From: Arenicellales bacterium
Lineage (GTDB): Bacteria > Pseudomonadota > Gammaproteobacteria > BMS3Bbin11
Assembly (NCBI GenBank): GCA_029287915.1
Contig: JARFQE010000096.1
Coordinates: forward strand, 3,238 to 67,237
DNA length: 64,000 nt
Direction: 5' to 3'
Shown: piece by piece, positions 1 to 8,966 of the stretch
Layout of the letters: each line of letters opens with the position of its first letter
How positions within the stretch are numbered: position 1 is the stretch's first letter
Notes under the pieces: model-generated
What the model was told of the DNA's origin: nothing
Databases searched by the model: none
The model's input: the letters and a program-made list of their open reading frames with translations, nothing else
Program-made: the position numbers and the translations under genes

Positions 1-490
1 TGCCGCCATTGACCTGAGCGTCAATACACTCACAGTAGTTATACAGCTGTTGCTCACGGGCAGGCTGGTTCGCTGGCTGGGCCTGTCATGGACCCTGGCC
101 CTGGTGCCGCTGTTGCTGGGGTTCGGCTTTGTGGCATTGGCACTTTCTCCGGTACTGGCAGTGCTGGTAGTAGTTCAGGTTGTACGCCGAGCTGGCAACT
201 ACGCTATTATGAGGCCATCGCGGGAAATGCTGTATGTCATACTTGAACGCGAGGAAAAGTACAAAGCCAAGAATTTTATCGACACCGCTGTGTATCGTGG
301 CGGTGACGCCGTCAGCGCCTGGATCTATACAGGTTTGCGGGGTCTCGGTCTTGGGTTGTCAGGAATTGCCTGGATTGCTGTACTGCTGTCAGCGTTGTGG
401 GCTTTATTGGCTTATCGACTGGGACGGGAACAGGACCGTCTGGCACAGGCAAGGTCTCAGTCAGCAGAGAACAATGACTCAGGGAGCTAA
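1..490 (+). CDS. 3' fragment of a polytopic membrane transporter (MFS-like; possibly NTT/TLC ATP:ADP-antiporter-like). The gene starts upstream of the window.
   Basis: The reading frame is open from nt 2 with no stop; the ORF caller's TTG at 50 is internal. Two hydrophobic helices (LALVPLLLGFGFVALALSPVLAVLVVV; GIAWIAVLLSALWALLAY) flank a charged loop EREEKYKAKNFIDTAVYRGGD. The family assignment is from memory only. The stop lies 7 nt before the next gene, so they are probably co-transcribed. Confidence 0.45.
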   Translation, partial: AAIDLSVNTLTVVIQLLLTGRLVRWLGLSWTLALVPLLLGFGFVALALSPVLAVLVVVQVVRRAGNYAIMRPSREMLYVILEREEKYKAKNFIDTAVYRGGDAVSAWIYTGLRGLGLGLSGIAWIAVLLSALWALLAYRLGREQDRLAQARSQSAENNDSGS

Positions 491-496
491 AGTAAT

Positions 497-1432
497 ATGA
501 GTAATGACAACAACGGCAGCTTAAGTCGTCGCGGCTTCATACAGTTACTGGGTATGCTAGGTGTATCAGCAGGCGGATTACCGCTTACAGCCGCGGCTTC
601 CACAGCGATGCTGAAGAAAGCAATTCCGTCAAGCGGGCAGCAGATCCCGGTCATTGGCATGGGATCATCGAGGACATTTGATACCGGCAGCGATACCGAG
701 TCGTATGCAAGACTGACTGAAGTGCTGCAGGCATTTTTTGATCAGGGAGGGACTGTAATAGATACCTCGCCAATGTATGGCCGATCGGAACAGGTTCTCG
801 GCGACCTTCTAGTTACTGTTCGCAACAGGGAATCATTATTCATGGCGACCAAGGTATGGACCGAAGGCAGAGACGATGGCATCGCACAGATGAAGGAATC
901 GATGCGCCTGTTACGGGTGCCGGTGATAGACCTGATGCAGATACATAACCTGCTCGACTGGAGGGTTCACATGGAGACACTGATGGAGTGGAAGAAAAAG
1001 GGGCTGATTCGTTATATAGGCATCACCACCCATCGCGGTTTTGATCATGATCAACTGGCTTATGTAATGGAGAATCACCCCATTGATTTTGTCCAGCTCA
1101 GTTACAGCATTGCTAACCGGAAGGCGGAGCAGCGTATTCTGCCACTCGCCAGCGAGCGGGGCATTGCCACCATGATCAATCGACCGTTCATGCGCGGTAG
1201 TCTGTTCCAGCACGTCAAAGGTCAGTCACTGCCAGCATGGGCAAAGGAGTTCGATTGCCACAGCTGGGCACAGTTCTTTCTCAAATTCGTGGTTTCACAC
1301 CCGGCCGTTACCTGTAGCATCCCGGCTACTTCGAAAGTTCATCATATGGTAGACAATATGACTGCTGGCTATGGCAGGATGCCAGACGAGCGCGAACGTA
1401 AACGTATGTTTGAGTATTACACCTCGATATAG
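497..1432 (+). CDS. Tat-exported aldo/keto reductase family oxidoreductase
   Basis: There is an N-terminal twin-arginine signal (SRRGFIQLLGMLGVSAGG...A). AKR hallmarks are present (IDTSPMYG, LGDLLV, IRYIGITTH). GGGAG lies 11 nt upstream of the ATG. Confidence 0.85.
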   Translation: MSNDNNGSLSRRGFIQLLGMLGVSAGGLPLTAAASTAMLKKAIPSSGQQIPVIGMGSSRTFDTGSDTESYARLTEVLQAFFDQGGTVIDTSPMYGRSEQVLGDLLVTVRNRESLFMATKVWTEGRDDGIAQMKESMRLLRVPVIDLMQIHNLLDWRVHMETLMEWKKKGLIRYIGITTHRGFDHDQLAYVMENHPIDFVQLSYSIANRKAEQRILPLASERGIATMINRPFMRGSLFQHVKGQSLPAWAKEFDCHSWAQFFLKFVVSHPAVTCSIPATSKVHHMVDNMTAGYGRMPDERERKRMFEYYTSI

Positions 1433-1517
1433 CACAGTGGTAACAGCTAGAAGCAGTATATGGTAAAAGTATTTCAGCTGTTGCGATCAACAGACACTTT
1501 GGAGAGTCAATAGAGCG

Positions 1518-1943
1518 ATGGAATTCTATGCCTTTGCAAGAATCGAGATGTCGCCGATAGCGATCCAGCGTGATGTTCATATCAGCAACCTGACGGAGCT
1601 CTGCCGCTCGATCGAAAAGGTGCTGTCGCAGCAGGGTGAGCGTGGTGAAATTTATTGTGTCTGGGGTGAGTTCAAGGTACATCGAGAGTTGATACGCCAG
1701 GGTGTTCGCTTTACCCTTCCGGGTTGTCCAAATGCACTACAGTGGACGATCACGACAGCCGTCGATAAACCCGGTGTGGTATGCGTGCACTGCACCATCG
1801 AGCAACCCAGTCATGATTCTGATTTCATTGAATCTCTGCAGCAATTCGTCGATGACTGGAAGCAGGGACTGGAATCTGGCAAGGCAGGCAGGCGTAAGGG
1901 CTCTGCACGTCGCGCCGCCGACTGCATGCCAATCTATGGCTGA
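1518..1943 (+). CDS. Hypothetical protein (141 aa, Cys-containing; no family recognised)
   Basis: GGAGAG lies 12 nt upstream of the ATG. The ORF is clean and non-overlapping between two confident genes. The start could instead be the internal MSPIAIQ. Confidence 0.45.
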   Translation: MEFYAFARIEMSPIAIQRDVHISNLTELCRSIEKVLSQQGERGEIYCVWGEFKVHRELIRQGVRFTLPGCPNALQWTITTAVDKPGVVCVHCTIEQPSHDSDFIESLQQFVDDWKQGLESGKAGRRKGSARRAADCMPIYG

Positions 1944-1961
1944 CAACCGTGGGTAAATAAT

Positions 1962-2375
1962 GTGAAACAGATCCTGCAGCTAGAAACCTATCAACGGGAA
2001 GTGCTGGTCGATATTACTGACCAGGTAAAACGAGTAGTGGCAGACAGTGGCATAGACGATGGCCTGGTTTCTATCTATGCTCAGGGCGCAACCGCTGCCA
2101 TCATGATCCAGGAAAACTGGGATGACTCGGTGCAGACTGATGTAGTCAACCTGCTGCGAAAAATGATCCCGCGGGGTGTCTGGCTACACGATGCGCAGGA
2201 CGGCAACGGTGATGCGCATCTCAAATCAGGTCTCGTCGGGCCTTCGGAAACAATCCCTTTGATCGACAGCAGGCTGGGACTTTCGACCTGGCAGAATATT
2301 TTTTTCTGTGAATTTGACGGACCAAGGAACGACAGGCAGGTAGTGGTGACTATCCTGCTGGATAGTGACACCTGA
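1962..2375 (+). CDS. yjbQ: YjbQ/UPF0047 family protein (secondary thiamine-phosphate synthase-like)
   Basis: The protein is 137 aa with a GTG start. Family motifs are present: DIT..V, GLV.I....ATAAI.I.ENWD, DAHLKS...G, LGTWQ.I...EFDG.R.R.VVV. Confidence 0.85.
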   Translation: MKQILQLETYQREVLVDITDQVKRVVADSGIDDGLVSIYAQGATAAIMIQENWDDSVQTDVVNLLRKMIPRGVWLHDAQDGNGDAHLKSGLVGPSETIPLIDSRLGLSTWQNIFFCEFDGPRNDRQVVVTILLDSDT

Positions 2376-2565
2376 AACAATACTGTTTCATACCTCTGCG
2401 TTCAATCTGTCCGCCGGGTCTGTTTTGATCACAACCATGAAGGGCATAAACGATTTGAACCCTTTTGAGAAACCTGTTGTAGTTGATATTTTTATTTGCA
2501 TCAGGTGGTGCGGTTTGGCTTATGGATATTGTGTTTGACACAAAGCTAAATAAGTCAGAGGCTGG

Positions 2566-2748
2566 TTAAGGCATTTGTGTTTTGATGTAGGTGACTGCTA
2601 CTGGCAATATTCCGAAAAAAATAACTGCAATGGCAATAGAATCCAGTAATTCCGTAGTCATTCCCTGACAACACCAGTCAAATACCCGGCTATACAGGTA
2701 ATGCAGTTTCAGCATCAGAGCCGGTGATATCATGGAACCCATCTGCAC
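2566..2748 (-). CDS. Possible small membrane protein (60 aa, one predicted TM helix)
   Basis: The ORF sits in a 440-bp gap upstream of merB on the opposite strand. A hydrophobic stretch (LLDSIAIAVIFFGILPVAVTYI) is present. No clear Shine-Dalgarno sequence is visible, so the call is weak. Confidence 0.2.
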   Translation of the reverse strand: MQMGSMISPALMLKLHYLYSRVFDWCCQGMTTELLDSIAIAVIFFGILPVAVTYIKTQMP

Positions 2749-2819
2749 CCATGTTCCATTATCCGGTCTGATATGATTTACTTATATTAATATCGTCTGA
2801 TTACAACGGAGTGTGAGAA

Positions 2820-3467
2820 GTGAATGTTTCTGATGGTGTCGAGCACCTTAACAAATTGCTGCCATTGAAGGCGCGTCAGGATGCACTGGATTCTGTGTTA
2901 CGGAATCTTCACCAAGAGGTTTTGCAAAGTTTCACCACCACCGGGCGACCGCTGTCACGAGCACAGATTGCTGCACGGCCAGGTGCCGTAAATGTCGATG
3001 ATATGCTGTCGCAGCTTGCAGCTGATGATCTCGTCGTATTATCTGCCGACAGACAGGATATCACCGGGGCTTATCCGTTTACGATTGAAGAACGGGTGCA
3101 TAAGGTACATGTTAATGGTCAGGATGTGTATGCCATGTGCGCACTCGATGCTCTGTCCATCGCACCTATGTTTGATGCCTCTACACGTATTCTGTCACGT
3201 TGCCATGTTACCAATACACCCGTCGACATCAAGATGAATGCAGAAAGGATACTATCGGCAATACCTGACGACGTGCATGTCGGAATTCGCTGGCAGGCGA
3301 CTTCGGGATGCGCTGCAAAAAGCCTGTGCATGGAAATGGTCTACCTCAAGGACGCGGACACGGCCCGGCAATGGCAGCAGCAGGATTCAGATAACATTAG
3401 CATTTATAGTCTTGATCAGGCAGTAGAATTTGGTGCAGCATTTTTCAGGCCACTGCTAAATACATAG
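2820..3467 (+). CDS. merB: Organomercurial (alkylmercury) lyase MerB-like protein
   Basis: The protein is 215 aa with a GTG start. 'YAMCALDAL' aligns to the MerB 'AWCALDTL' motif carrying catalytic Cys96 and Asp99. 'SRCHVT' matches MerB 'SHCAAT'. C-terminal 'KSLCMEM' aligns with MerB 'SFCCHV' (Cys159). Overall length and spacing resemble MerB. Confidence 0.7.
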   Translation: MNVSDGVEHLNKLLPLKARQDALDSVLRNLHQEVLQSFTTTGRPLSRAQIAARPGAVNVDDMLSQLAADDLVVLSADRQDITGAYPFTIEERVHKVHVNGQDVYAMCALDALSIAPMFDASTRILSRCHVTNTPVDIKMNAERILSAIPDDVHVGIRWQATSGCAAKSLCMEMVYLKDADTARQWQQQDSDNISIYSLDQAVEFGAAFFRPLLNT

Positions 3468-3553
3468 TTATAATTGGCGCATACAGCAATCCCGTTTAAA
3501 TATTTAAATATTGCATGAACGATTGACAACAACATAAACAAGGAGAAAGCACG

Positions 3554-4348
3554 ATGATTAATAAAATGGTTTCGGTACTAATGCTGCTGTGTTTATCATT
3601 ACCGGCACTGGCAGAAGTGCAGGGCAAGGCTGTAGAGTACAAGTCTGGGGATACAGTCCTCAAAGGTTATCTAGCGTGGGATGATACCAATATGCAGCCA
3701 CATCCCGGTGTCCTTGTTGTGCATGAATGGTGGGGGCATAACGACTATTCGCGAAAACGGGCCGAGATGCTGGCAGGCTTAGGTTACACTGCTCTGGCAC
3801 TTGATATGTATGGCGATGGCAAGCAGGCCAGCCATCCCGATGATGCGGGCAAATTCGCCGGAGCAGTACGTAGCAACATGGAGGTAGCTGAGGCTCGCTT
3901 CAACGCAGCACTGGAACTACTGAAGCAACAACCCAATGTTGATGGCACAGATATTGCGGCAATCGGATACTGCTTTGGTGGAGGGCTGTTGCTGGAGCTG
4001 GCCCGCCGCGGCCTGGATATCGATGCCATCGCCAGTTTTCATGGTAGCCTGGGAACCCAGTCGCCCGCACAGCCAGGCGCAGTTAAGACAAGAATTGCAG
4101 TATTTAATGGTGCTGATGATCCGATGTCGAAACCTGAACAGGTGGCTGCTTTCAAAGAGGAGATGGATAAGGCTGGAGCCGACTACTTATTGATCGATTA
4201 CCCTAGTGCCATGCATGCCTTTACCAATCCCGATGCTGATGAACTTGCTGCAAAATTTGGTTTGCCATTGAAATACGATGCCAATGCAGATAATGATTCC
4301 TGGGCCAGGATGACGGTATTTCTAAAGGAAGCGTTTGCACCGAAATAA
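3554..4348 (+). CDS. Secreted dienelactone hydrolase family protein
   Basis: AAGGAG lies upstream of the ATG. There is a signal peptide (MLLCLSLPALA|EV). DLH motifs are present: HEWWG, GYCFGG (nucleophile elbow), and a C-terminal HAF. Confidence 0.85.
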   Translation: MINKMVSVLMLLCLSLPALAEVQGKAVEYKSGDTVLKGYLAWDDTNMQPHPGVLVVHEWWGHNDYSRKRAEMLAGLGYTALALDMYGDGKQASHPDDAGKFAGAVRSNMEVAEARFNAALELLKQQPNVDGTDIAAIGYCFGGGLLLELARRGLDIDAIASFHGSLGTQSPAQPGAVKTRIAVFNGADDPMSKPEQVAAFKEEMDKAGADYLLIDYPSAMHAFTNPDADELAAKFGLPLKYDANADNDSWARMTVFLKEAFAPK

Positions 4349-4766
4349 TCACTTCACTTGTCCAGCTTCTGTGGGATAGGTTCTGTTTCGAGCAGCAGTC
4401 GCACTGCATTGGTAAAAACTGCGCTGTGGCAGTTTCACGGTGCAGTGTGACAAGATAGTTGTGGTTTGATTGTCATGCTTAATGCAATAAGTACGACACA
4501 AACAGTACGATGCAGAAAAGCATTGTCATCATGCAAAGTCAACTTATCAGTGTATCGCACTGAACAATGCCAAAATAGTGCATAAAGTCTTTGTCTGCAC
4601 CAAAAAAGTTCCGATTCTGCGTGTTAAAAAGAAGCAGAACCATATATAAGCCAAAGTTCCCCTGGCATGCTTTCTGCATGACTAGTACATAAAGAAATTT
4701 CTTGATCCGACCGCTATGCAACTGTTGTTGAATGTCTCGGTTGTCGGTATTGCAAAGGAAGCAGTG

Positions 4767-5717
4767 ACCATGGGCTGGCTGGAAAGCACGATAAGAAAGC
4801 AGCGCAATAATATAGAGGCCATTCTGATTGAGCCATTAAGCCAGGTTGCAGGGGTTTGCGCAGAACATTGGGATAATCGTCATAAGCTCGATATTGAGCT
4901 GAAGAAATACCTTGAGTGTAATAAAGAACACCGTTGCAGATTACTATACGCTATTGATAAACAGGGTCTACAGCACAGTAGCAATGTTTCTGACGTTGAT
5001 TCAGATGAAACTAGAATCGGTCAGGATCTTTCAAATCGACCATACCTGCATTTTAAATACGACAGTGATCAAAAAGATTTTGTATTGAGTGATGTTTATG
5101 TTGATAAACAAAAAAGAAAACCCTGTATCACAGCATTACATAGAATAACGCTAAATGATGAAGTATTAGGCTATATTGCAGCGGATTTTAATCTCAATGA
5201 TTTACCATTAAAGAATGTGGATGAGCCCCAGATTCAGGAATGGCGCCAGATTAAGGGCGACCCATCAATTCGTGGCACCCTGTTTCAACAACTGCGAACG
5301 AGAAGCGCGATGGATGAACATCTCGATGAAGTTCTGGATGTAGTTGAATCTCTGATCACTGAGCAGGGTATTTTTCACGCCAAATTACACTTTTCAAGTT
5401 CACGCGCGACACTTTGGCCCTACAATGATCCGTATCGTTATCATTTGCATGTTCTGGATGAAATCATTAATCCAAAAGTATGCCTGGTATATGCCAAAAT
5501 GGCATACCCCGGCGATGCTTCCATATCCGCCAATATTGTGCCAAAGATATTGAAAGTGTTTAAATCACTGCGTGAAGCAGATGAAACCATTTATCTACGG
5601 GCAGCTTCATTAAATATAATGAATGGGCTGGTTGGCCTTAATTTTTCCTGTGATGGTTCGCATTATATGTCGGCCGACGAGTTCATGAACAAGGATCTCA
5701 ATTTCTGGTTCGGTTAA
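4767..5717 (+). CDS. Hypothetical cytoplasmic protein with a Cache/PDC-like sensor fold (no output domain)
   Basis: AAGGAAG lies 8 nt upstream of the ATG. The longer upstream extension of the ORF has no RBS. 'FVLSDVYVDKQKRKPCITALHRITLNDEVLGYIAADFNLNDL' fits the Cache consensus (Y.D..T....IT...PI...G...GV.G.D..L..L). No TM segment is visible. The gene is AT-rich and flanked by AT-rich gaps of about 370 and 420 bp. Confidence 0.5.
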   Translation, partial: TMGWLESTIRKQRNNIEAILIEPLSQVAGVCAEHWDNRHKLDIELKKYLECNKEHRCRLLYAIDKQGLQHSSNVSDVDSDETRIGQDLSNRPYLHFKYDSDQKDFVLSDVYVDKQKRKPCITALHRITLNDEVLGYIAADFNLNDLPLKNVDEPQIQEWRQIKGDPSIRGTLFQQLRTRSAMDEHLDEVLDVVESLITEQGIFHAKLHFSSSRATLWPYNDPYRYHLHVLDEIINPKVCLVYAKMAYPGDASISANIVPKILKVFKSLREADETIYLRAASLNIMNGLVGLNFSCDGSHYMSADEFMNKDLNFWFG

Positions 5718-6141
5718 TATAAATTCATGGCCAGTGATAGAGCGATAGTACCTCCGGGTCGCAGATGCCTGACTATGTTTACTCCCTCTTTACTCATTTC
5801 GGTTGCAGTCTTTTTGGATGATACTATTTTTAGTCACATCTTTTGAACAGGGCTTGAGTAAAATATTTCCAGTCCAGTAACAGGCAGTTTTTTGCCTGTA
5901 CAAATGCTAAAAAAAGAATCTGAAGAAATAGACCACATAACAACAGCTATCTGTTATTCATGGACCTGGCGAGTTTTGTGAACATTATTGAAATACTCCT
6001 GATACCCTGATATTTATTTTTACGAGACAGCAGACGGTCTGAACTTTTAGTTTTTTAGAATAATCAAAGAGAGCCTGGCATCATTAACTACGAAAGAATA
6101 CGATAATCGAAGGAATTTTAGGATCCAGGTAAATTAATGAC

Positions 6142-6840
6142 ATGAAAAAAACCATCAAACTTTCATATTTTTCTGATGTGCTTTGTTTCTGGGCCTATGC
6201 TGCACAAATAAGCCTGGATGAATTAAAGATGAAATTTGGTGAGGAAATAAAAATTGATTACCACTTTATATCTGTATTTGGAAATACGGAGCACAGAATC
6301 GGAAAGGGCTGGCAAGATCGAGGTGGATATAAAGGGTTTTCTAAACATATTATTAAAGCAGCCAGAACGTTTCCTCATGTTTATGTGAACCCTGATATAT
6401 GGAAACTGAGTTTGCCGAAGACTTCTGCATCCAGTCATTGCTTTCTAAAGGCAATACAATTGCTGGAACAGAATGATCTGATCTCTTCTAGTATCGGCAC
6501 TGTCGATGGAAAATCAATTTTTGAGGAGTCTCTGTGGCGGGTTCGTTGTGCGTTCTTTGAAGAAGCTCTGGATATAAGTGAATTATCAGTGCTAAAAAAT
6601 ATCGTTGAAGATCTCCAGTTACCGATGGCTGATATAGAAAAATTATTAAATAATGGTTCAGCGCTCGCTGCATTAATGAGTGATATGGAAAAGAAAGAAT
6701 CATTAAAACTTGAAGGCAGCCCATCATATGTTCTAAATGATGGAAGACAAAAATTGTATGGCAATGTCGGTTACCGGGTGATCGAGGCTAATGTGATTGA
6801 GTTGCTGGAAAATGACGAAAACCGGTCGAGCTGGTGTTAA
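6142..6840 (+). CDS. DsbA-like thioredoxin-fold protein (FrnE / 2-hydroxychromene-2-carboxylate isomerase family-like)
   Basis: The N-terminal 'IKLSYFSDVLCFWAY' matches the DsbA_FrnE 'I.ffsD..CPWCY' pattern, but here a single Cys sits in a CFW context. The C-terminal 'GSPSYVLNDG' matches 'G.PtfvvnG'. The gene is AT-rich. Confidence 0.65.
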   Translation: MKKTIKLSYFSDVLCFWAYAAQISLDELKMKFGEEIKIDYHFISVFGNTEHRIGKGWQDRGGYKGFSKHIIKAARTFPHVYVNPDIWKLSLPKTSASSHCFLKAIQLLEQNDLISSSIGTVDGKSIFEESLWRVRCAFFEEALDISELSVLKNIVEDLQLPMADIEKLLNNGSALAALMSDMEKKESLKLEGSPSYVLNDGRQKLYGNVGYRVIEANVIELLENDENRSSWC

Positions 6841-6881
6841 CTGCAGTTTGACGACGGGCATTTTTATTTGAATTTCCTTAA

Positions 6882-8315
6882 ATGATAGCGGCGAAACACG
6901 ATTCAGCTCCTGTTTACAGTGACAGGGATAAGCGAACGATTGGCAAATACCTGGAAAGATACTCCGAGCCAGAATCAAGGTGGCAGGCATCACAATTTGA
7001 AAAACTACCTGCCGATGGTTGGGATTATGTCGTGACGATTCCTGCCTGTGGTGAGGATGAATATCTGCCAGGGGCATTAGACTCAATCAATAAATGCCAG
7101 GCAGCTCGAAACAATGACAAAGTGTTATGTATCGTCATGCTGAATGGCAATCAGGCAAGAGAGGAAGAATTTAAGTCATCCAATCAAAGGATGCGGAACT
7201 GGTTCAACGACAACTGTATGCCTGTAACCGGTTCTCTTAACCCTGATGACGTGTGTCCACAATCACTTGTTAGGTGGCGAAACATTGATATTCTTATTAT
7301 CGATAGATCACAACAGCCATGGTTGATACCTTATGACCAGGGAGTCGGACTAGTTCGAAAAATTGCAGCAGACCTGGCCTTGTTTCTTATCTCAGTCGGG
7401 TGGGTTAAGAGCCCATGGATACATGCCACTGATGCCGATGCCAGAGTACCTGATGACTATTTTCTCAGAACCAATCAGCAATCAGGTAATTCAACTGAAT
7501 TATCATCAAAAGCCTGCTTTATCTATCCTTATCAGCACATCCCTGATCCCGATATGGAACAACATGAGCATGATCGCTACTGGCCTGCGGTCAGGGATTA
7601 TGAACTTTGGCTTCGTTACTATGTGGCCGGTCTTCAATGGGCGGGGTCAAGCTATGCGTATCCTTCTATCGGTAGTCTACTGGCCTGTGACGCGCTGGCC
7701 TATGCAAAGACCCGTGGTTTTCCAAAGCGCATGGCTGGTGAAGATTTTTATTTCCAGAACAAGCTGGCCAAGGTTGGCGAGATCATCATGCTGGAAGGGT
7801 TGCCTGTAAAGTTGCTTACCCGGGCATCGACCAGAGTTCCGTTTGGCACAGGTCAGGGCACAATCACGATAGTAAAGCTTAATAGCAACGATCAGGTATA
7901 TACCGTCTATCACCCGATGGTCTTTGTTTTTCTAAAGAATTTTTTCTATGCAGTGAACAACTGGATCAATGATACAGAGAAGAATGATATTGACAGGGAA
8001 GCAGCATTTATTGAAACGCTCGAGGGATCCCTTCCCCTGCAAAACGAGGCTAGTGACAACTATAGCGCCTGGTTGCACGATTTGATTGACGAACTTGATG
8101 TGTTTAAAAACCTGCGCGCTGCTGAACAGCGATCGGTTTCTTTACCAGGCGCTAGCAGACAATTCGATGACTGGTTTGATGGTTTTAGAACCCTGAAGCT
8201 TATTCATCGATTAAGGGACGAGCTCTATGGAAGCATTCCTCTTATTGACGCGTTGCAACTCGCAGAATTCATGCCAGGCCCGCAGCAGAAACCCGCGAAA
8301 TCAGATAAAAGATAG
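6882..8315 (+). CDS. GT-A fold glycosyltransferase-like protein (family-2-like)
   Basis: 'YVVTIPACGEDEYLPGALDSI' resembles the GT2 N-terminus (IP.yNe...L...L.S). 'WIHATDADARVPDDYF' resembles the DxD motif. 'GEDFYFQNKL' resembles the ED..L motif. The gene lies 41 nt after the DsbA-like gene, suggesting an operon. The start is uncertain. Confidence 0.5.
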   Translation: MIAAKHDSAPVYSDRDKRTIGKYLERYSEPESRWQASQFEKLPADGWDYVVTIPACGEDEYLPGALDSINKCQAARNNDKVLCIVMLNGNQAREEEFKSSNQRMRNWFNDNCMPVTGSLNPDDVCPQSLVRWRNIDILIIDRSQQPWLIPYDQGVGLVRKIAADLALFLISVGWVKSPWIHATDADARVPDDYFLRTNQQSGNSTELSSKACFIYPYQHIPDPDMEQHEHDRYWPAVRDYELWLRYYVAGLQWAGSSYAYPSIGSLLACDALAYAKTRGFPKRMAGEDFYFQNKLAKVGEIIMLEGLPVKLLTRASTRVPFGTGQGTITIVKLNSNDQVYTVYHPMVFVFLKNFFYAVNNWINDTEKNDIDREAAFIETLEGSLPLQNEASDNYSAWLHDLIDELDVFKNLRAAEQRSVSLPGASRQFDDWFDGFRTLKLIHRLRDELYGSIPLIDALQLAEFMPGPQQKPAKSDKR

Positions 8316-8417
8316 ACTTTTCAGTTATCTCAGTCTGCAAGTCATTCATGAGAAAGCAGTTGTCCAGTACACTGAAATGGCGCACCTGCACAATGTATAT
8401 CTTACTTAAATGACTTA

Positions 8418-8837
8418 TTATCTGGGCTGTTTGGCTGGCAGCGTTACAGGTCTGGCAGGGGTAACATTTCCGCGCGGACGATTACGGTACACAGGGTACC
8501 CTGTGGGCGGATTTATTATCGTTGTTCTACCTGCCGGAGGAGGAGCGGGTGAAGGTTTGCTCTGTTCAATTTCGCGTTGTTTTTGTTCTTCTTGTACACG
8601 TTCTTTTTCAAGATCATCAGCAATCTCTTCTGTCTCTTGGTGACGTTGTATCCCTTCTTCATATGATTGTTGATTAAAGGTATCTTCTATAGTCAGAGTT
8701 GTTGCCCCCTTGACGTCCTTCGCGGCCTTTTTGTCACCGTAATGGACCTTGCCGTTTTCATCAGTCCATTTTTTTATCACATCGCCAGTTGCTGCTGATG
8801 ATACAGACAGAATTAGCAAAAAAAGTATGATCTTCAT
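8418..8837 (-). CDS. DUF4124 domain-containing secreted protein
   Basis: There is a signal peptide, then 'IKKWTDENGKVHYGDKK', which is the DUF4124 hallmark (Y.W.D..G..H.sD). The tail is charged and Pro-rich. GGAGAA RBS is present. Confidence 0.8.
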   Translation of the reverse strand: MKIILFLLILSVSSAATGDVIKKWTDENGKVHYGDKKAAKDVKGATTLTIEDTFNQQSYEEGIQRHQETEEIADDLEKERVQEEQKQREIEQSKPSPAPPPAGRTTIINPPTGYPVYRNRPRGNVTPARPVTLPAKQPR

Positions 8838-8966
8838 GACAGTTCTCCATTTTTCAGGAAATACTATAAATAAATCTGAGATATAAGAGAATAATTTTAA
8901 GATTACAGATTTGCAAGGTATACAATGACGACGGTTTCCCCGAATGAATGAGTATTTTTTCTATGT

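Noticed and set aside
2373-2394. Hairpin (tgaaaca-atac-tgtttca) right after the yjbQ stop, a possible terminator
   Set aside because: The stem is 7 bp and AT-rich with no downstream T-tract, so it is too weak to call.
2820-3467. merB as part of a mercury-resistance transposon
   Set aside because: There is no merR/T/P/A, resolvase or inverted repeat in the vicinity. It is treated as a stand-alone chromosomal homologue.
5860-5900. Hairpin acaggc-agtttttt-gcctgt downstream of the Cache-like gene, a possible terminator
   Set aside because: It has a 6-bp stem, the T-run is in the loop rather than 3' of the stem, and there is no downstream U-tract on either strand.
7363-7809. Overlapping or antisense ORFs inside confident genes (e.g. 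7363..7809, 12075..12515, 12563..12940, 24342..24812, 34475..34882, 53209..53838, 57937..58554, 59059..59562)
   Set aside because: These are shadow ORFs inside well-supported CDSs on the other strand or frame. They have low-complexity or skewed composition and no independent start signals.
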